Origin: a virus
Strand: one strand, 5' to 3'
Length of the DNA: 28,411 nt
Virus genome (UHGV): UHGV-0191955
Shown here: piece by piece, positions 25,400-28,411 of the stretch
Layout of the letters: each line of letters opens with the position of its first letter
Numbering within the stretch: position 1 is the stretch's first letter
Made by a program: the position numbers and the translations under genes
Notes under the pieces: model-generated
Told to the model about the DNA's origin: nothing
What the model saw: only the letters and a program-made list of their open reading frames with translations
Database searches by the model: none

Positions 25400-27757
25400 A
25401 TGTCCCGGAGAATCGCCGATTTACTTATAAAGATCGGAGCCGACTCGTATGAGTTCCAGCAGAAGGCGCAGCAGGTCGAGAAAGGGCTCGGCTCGCTCGA
25501 AAAGAAGCTGACCTCCGTCGGCAAGTCGCTCTCGTTGAAACTCTCCGCGCCCCTTGCGGCATTGGGCGGCGTGTCGCTGCACCTGGCCGATGTGCAGGCC
25601 AAAGCCGAAGCGAAGGTGCAGCAGGCGCTCAAGGTTACGAATCAGGCCGTCGGTTACAACTTCCGGCAGTTGGCCGACTACGCTTCGGAGTTGCAGGGCA
25701 AGACGATTTTCGGCGACGAGACGATCCTCGACAAATCCACCGCCCGCCTGTTGGCTTTTACCAATATCACGGGCGAAAACTTCAAGCGCACGCAGGCGTT
25801 GGCATTGGACCTCGCCACGGCGTTGGAGATGGATTTAGGTTCGGCGTCGTTGCAATTGGGCAAGGCGCTCTCCGATCCCACGACGAAGCTCTCGTCGCTG
25901 TCGCGTGCCGGCATCACCTTCTCCAAGGAGCAGACGGAAGTAATCAAGAAACTCGCCGAGACGGGCGACATAGCCAAGGCACAGGCGATGATCCTCGACG
26001 AATTGGAGCGCAAGTTCGGCGGGCAGGCCGAAGCCGCCGCACGGACGGGACTCGGAGCCGTGCAGCAACTCAAGAATGCGTGGGGCGACTTCCTCGAACG
26101 GATCGGTGCGGCCATCATGCCTTTCGCGACGAAGATAGCAGGTGCGCTCTCGACAGTCGTACAGATGCTGCAATCGATGTCGCCGGCGATGATGCAGACG
26201 ATCGTCGTTGTAGCGGGGCTGGTCGCAGCGGTCGGTCCCCTTTCGCTCGGAATCGGTGCCGTGATCAAGGTGCTGCCGATGCTGGCGGCGGGATTTACGG
26301 CATTGCTGTCGCCCGTCGGGTTGATTATGGCGGCGGTCCTCGCGCTCGGTGCGGCGTTCGCCTATGCCCGCATCCAAAAGCAGAAGATGATCGACGAGAT
26401 GGCCGAGGTCGAATCGCTCGACGAGCTCGAACGCAAGTTGCAGGAGAATATCGCCGAGCAGAAAGAGATCATCGCCACGACGACCAAGACACGGATGGTT
26501 CCGAATTTCGGGGGATTAGTCGCCGGTTTTACTTTGCAGAAAGTACCCGACGAATCGAAACTCGCACCCCTGCGTAAGGAGTACGACCTGCTGACGGCTG
26601 CTATCGAGAAGAAACGCGAAACGGAGAAGAAGGCGGCCGAGGCGCAGGCCGAACTGGACAAGGTAATGGACGAAGCACGCAAGCAGACCGAGGAGTTGAT
26701 GAAGTCCATCGCCGGAACCAACGCGCAGACGGAACAAAGCACGGGCATCATCGGTAAATTGCAGGCGCGGATCGAGGCTCTCGAAAAGAAGAAACTGCTG
26801 CCCGAATCGACCGTCGAGGATATCGCCGCGGCGAACGCCGAGATCGAGAAGCTGCAAAAAGAGCTGGAGCGGATCAGGAATATCAAGCCCGAAGACCTGG
26901 AACCCGTCGTCAAGATGGACGGTATTTTGCCCGAAGGCTTCGAGTTAGAGTTGCCGGCGCCGAAACTCAAAATGGGCGATCTGAAACCCGTAGCATTGCA
27001 ATATGCGCAGCAGATGCAGACGATATTCGGCGCGGTGCGCGAAGGGTTGTACGGCTGGGCGGACGACAACAGCGCATACTTGCAGGAGCACGTCGCCGAT
27101 ACGGTCTCGATGGTTGAGAATTACACGACGGCACTGACGGCGAAGGGCTGGTCGTTCTCGGCAGCATTGGAGCATGTCCACGCCACGATTGCGGAGGTGA
27201 TGACGCGCTTCGATCAGCAGGTGTCGAAGTTTATGGCCGACAGCATCGTCGCAGCGGCGGAGGCTATCGGGCAGATCATTGCCGGCGATTTGGGATTCGG
27301 AGGGCTGATGAAAGCGATCCTGACGCAGTTCGCCTCTTTTCTGAAAAATATCGGCTCGCAACTCATCGAGTTCGGCGTGATGATCATCGCCTTCAAGTCT
27401 GCACTGAAATCCGTCCTCGCCAATCCGTGGGCGGCGATCGCCATCGGAGCAGCGATGGTCGCAGCGGCAACCGTGATGACGGCGCTCATCAACAAGAATG
27501 CGGAGAAGAGTGTGCCGGCATTGGCCAACGGCGGTCTGGCATACGGTCCCACCTATGCGATGGTCGGAGACAACCCCAATGCCGGCACGGATCCCGAAGT
27601 CATCGCACCGCTGTCGAAGTTGCAGGCGATGCTCCCGACGGGTGGCAGCCCGCAGAATCTACGAATAACCCTCGGCGGTCAATTGACTGCCAAGGGTCGG
27701 GACTTGGTGTATGTTCTCGGAAAAGAGAACTTCAAGTCACAGGTGTTGGGTGGATGA
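25400..27757 (+). CDS. tail tape measure protein
   Basis: 785 aa. Ala/Leu/Gln-rich coiled-coil N-terminus, conserved tape-measure core 'LGKALSDPTTKLSSLSRAGITFSKEQTEVIKKLAETGDIAKAQAMILDELERKFGG', central hydrophobic segments, and a Gly/Ala-rich C-terminus. Confidence 0.85.
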   Translation: MSRRIADLLIKIGADSYEFQQKAQQVEKGLGSLEKKLTSVGKSLSLKLSAPLAALGGVSLHLADVQAKAEAKVQQALKVTNQAVGYNFRQLADYASELQGKTIFGDETILDKSTARLLAFTNITGENFKRTQALALDLATALEMDLGSASLQLGKALSDPTTKLSSLSRAGITFSKEQTEVIKKLAETGDIAKAQAMILDELERKFGGQAEAAARTGLGAVQQLKNAWGDFLERIGAAIMPFATKIAGALSTVVQMLQSMSPAMMQTIVVVAGLVAAVGPLSLGIGAVIKVLPMLAAGFTALLSPVGLIMAAVLALGAAFAYARIQKQKMIDEMAEVESLDELERKLQENIAEQKEIIATTTKTRMVPNFGGLVAGFTLQKVPDESKLAPLRKEYDLLTAAIEKKRETEKKAAEAQAELDKVMDEARKQTEELMKSIAGTNAQTEQSTGIIGKLQARIEALEKKKLLPESTVEDIAAANAEIEKLQKELERIRNIKPEDLEPVVKMDGILPEGFELELPAPKLKMGDLKPVALQYAQQMQTIFGAVREGLYGWADDNSAYLQEHVADTVSMVENYTTALTAKGWSFSAALEHVHATIAEVMTRFDQQVSKFMADSIVAAAEAIGQIIAGDLGFGGLMKAILTQFASFLKNIGSQLIEFGVMIIAFKSALKSVLANPWAAIAIGAAMVAAATVMTALINKNAEKSVPALANGGLAYGPTYAMVGDNPNAGTDPEVIAPLSKLQAMLPTGGSPQNLRITLGGQLTAKGRDLVYVLGKENFKSQVLGG

Positions 27758-27766
27758 TGCGATGAT

Positions 27767-28411
27767 TTATTCCGAAAATAATTTTTCAAATTCAGTAAAA
27801 TCATTTACGATAAGCCCACGAGGGTTGTTTTGCTCCCATTTTAATAGATTGGGTTCTGTTTTTCCGGTATTTCTCGAGTTAATATCTCTACATATATATT
27901 CACTATATTTCTGGAAACTCTCAATTTGTTTAAGATCAGGATAGCTGGCAAAAAATCGCATATTTGTTTCCCAATCCCGCATCGATCTTATACCGGTAGC
28001 GAATCCGTTATTTGCTAATTGGATATTAACATTTGCAGTATGGGATAGATTTTGAATTTCCGGAAATCTATTAATAATATGTCTTCCTAATATCAAACAA
28101 TGAGGAATTCCGCAAAATGCAAAATTATTTTTCTGTTTCCATGCATTAAACAGAAAATATTCGATATGCGGCATCTCGTCGATCGGATAAATTTCGGCGT
28201 AAAAACAATTGCTGAAATGATCTCGAATTAAAAAATTGACAATGTGACGTTTGCCGGTTCTCTCATAATTATTCCAATTAATATCGAATTTTTTTAGTTG
28301 ATATTTGATCTCTCCATTTTTTAACAAATAATAATTTTGAGAAATCGACATATTTAATTGATGTACTTGATTGGGGTAGTCGCTTTTGTATTTAAAATGA
28401 TAGCCGATCAT
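27767..28411 (-). CDS. hypothetical protein, AT-rich, possibly 5'-partial at window edge
   Basis: 214 codons on the minus strand running to the last base of the window, convergent with the tape measure gene. Sharp drop in GC. No motif recognised. Confidence 0.5.
   Translation of the reverse strand: MIGYHFKYKSDYPNQVHQLNMSISQNYYLLKNGEIKYQLKKFDINWNNYERTGKRHIVNFLIRDHFSNCFYAEIYPIDEMPHIEYFLFNAWKQKNNFAFCGIPHCLILGRHIINRFPEIQNLSHTANVNIQLANNGFATGIRSMRDWETNMRFFASYPDLKQIESFQKYSEYICRDINSRNTGKTEPNLLKWEQNNPRGLIVNDFTEFEKLFSE

Overview
This window reads as one co-directional, GC-rich phage/prophage genome segment with an HK97-type head module. Plus-strand order: replication initiator and DnaC-like helicase loader, HNH endonuclease, tyrosine integrase, terminase small and large subunits, portal, prohead protease, major capsid protein, head-tail connector and closure proteins, tail tube, tail assembly chaperone with a -1 frameshift site, and a tape measure protein about 9 kb further on. 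Promoters of the Bacteroidota type (TTG, about 20 nt, TAnnTTTG) and no Shine-Dalgarno sequences suggest a Bacteroidota host. Three visibly AT-rich islands interrupt the structural genes: (1) between terminase and portal, a translationally coupled pair encoding a membrane-anchored receiver-domain protein and a cytoplasmic histidine kinase, which is the best candidate for an undescribed defence or signalling system; (2) between protease and capsid, a Type II-like restriction-modification cassette whose nuclease gene is split at a T5 tract; (3) a convergent minus-strand gene after the tape measure gene. Between the tail chaperone and tape measure lie a lipoprotein, a Dam-like methyltransferase, a frameshifted PAPS-reductase-like gene, five small-gene cassettes each behind a near-identical ~100-bp promoter element, and a 954-aa protein of unknown function. 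All calls rest on reading motifs by eye; no database search was run.
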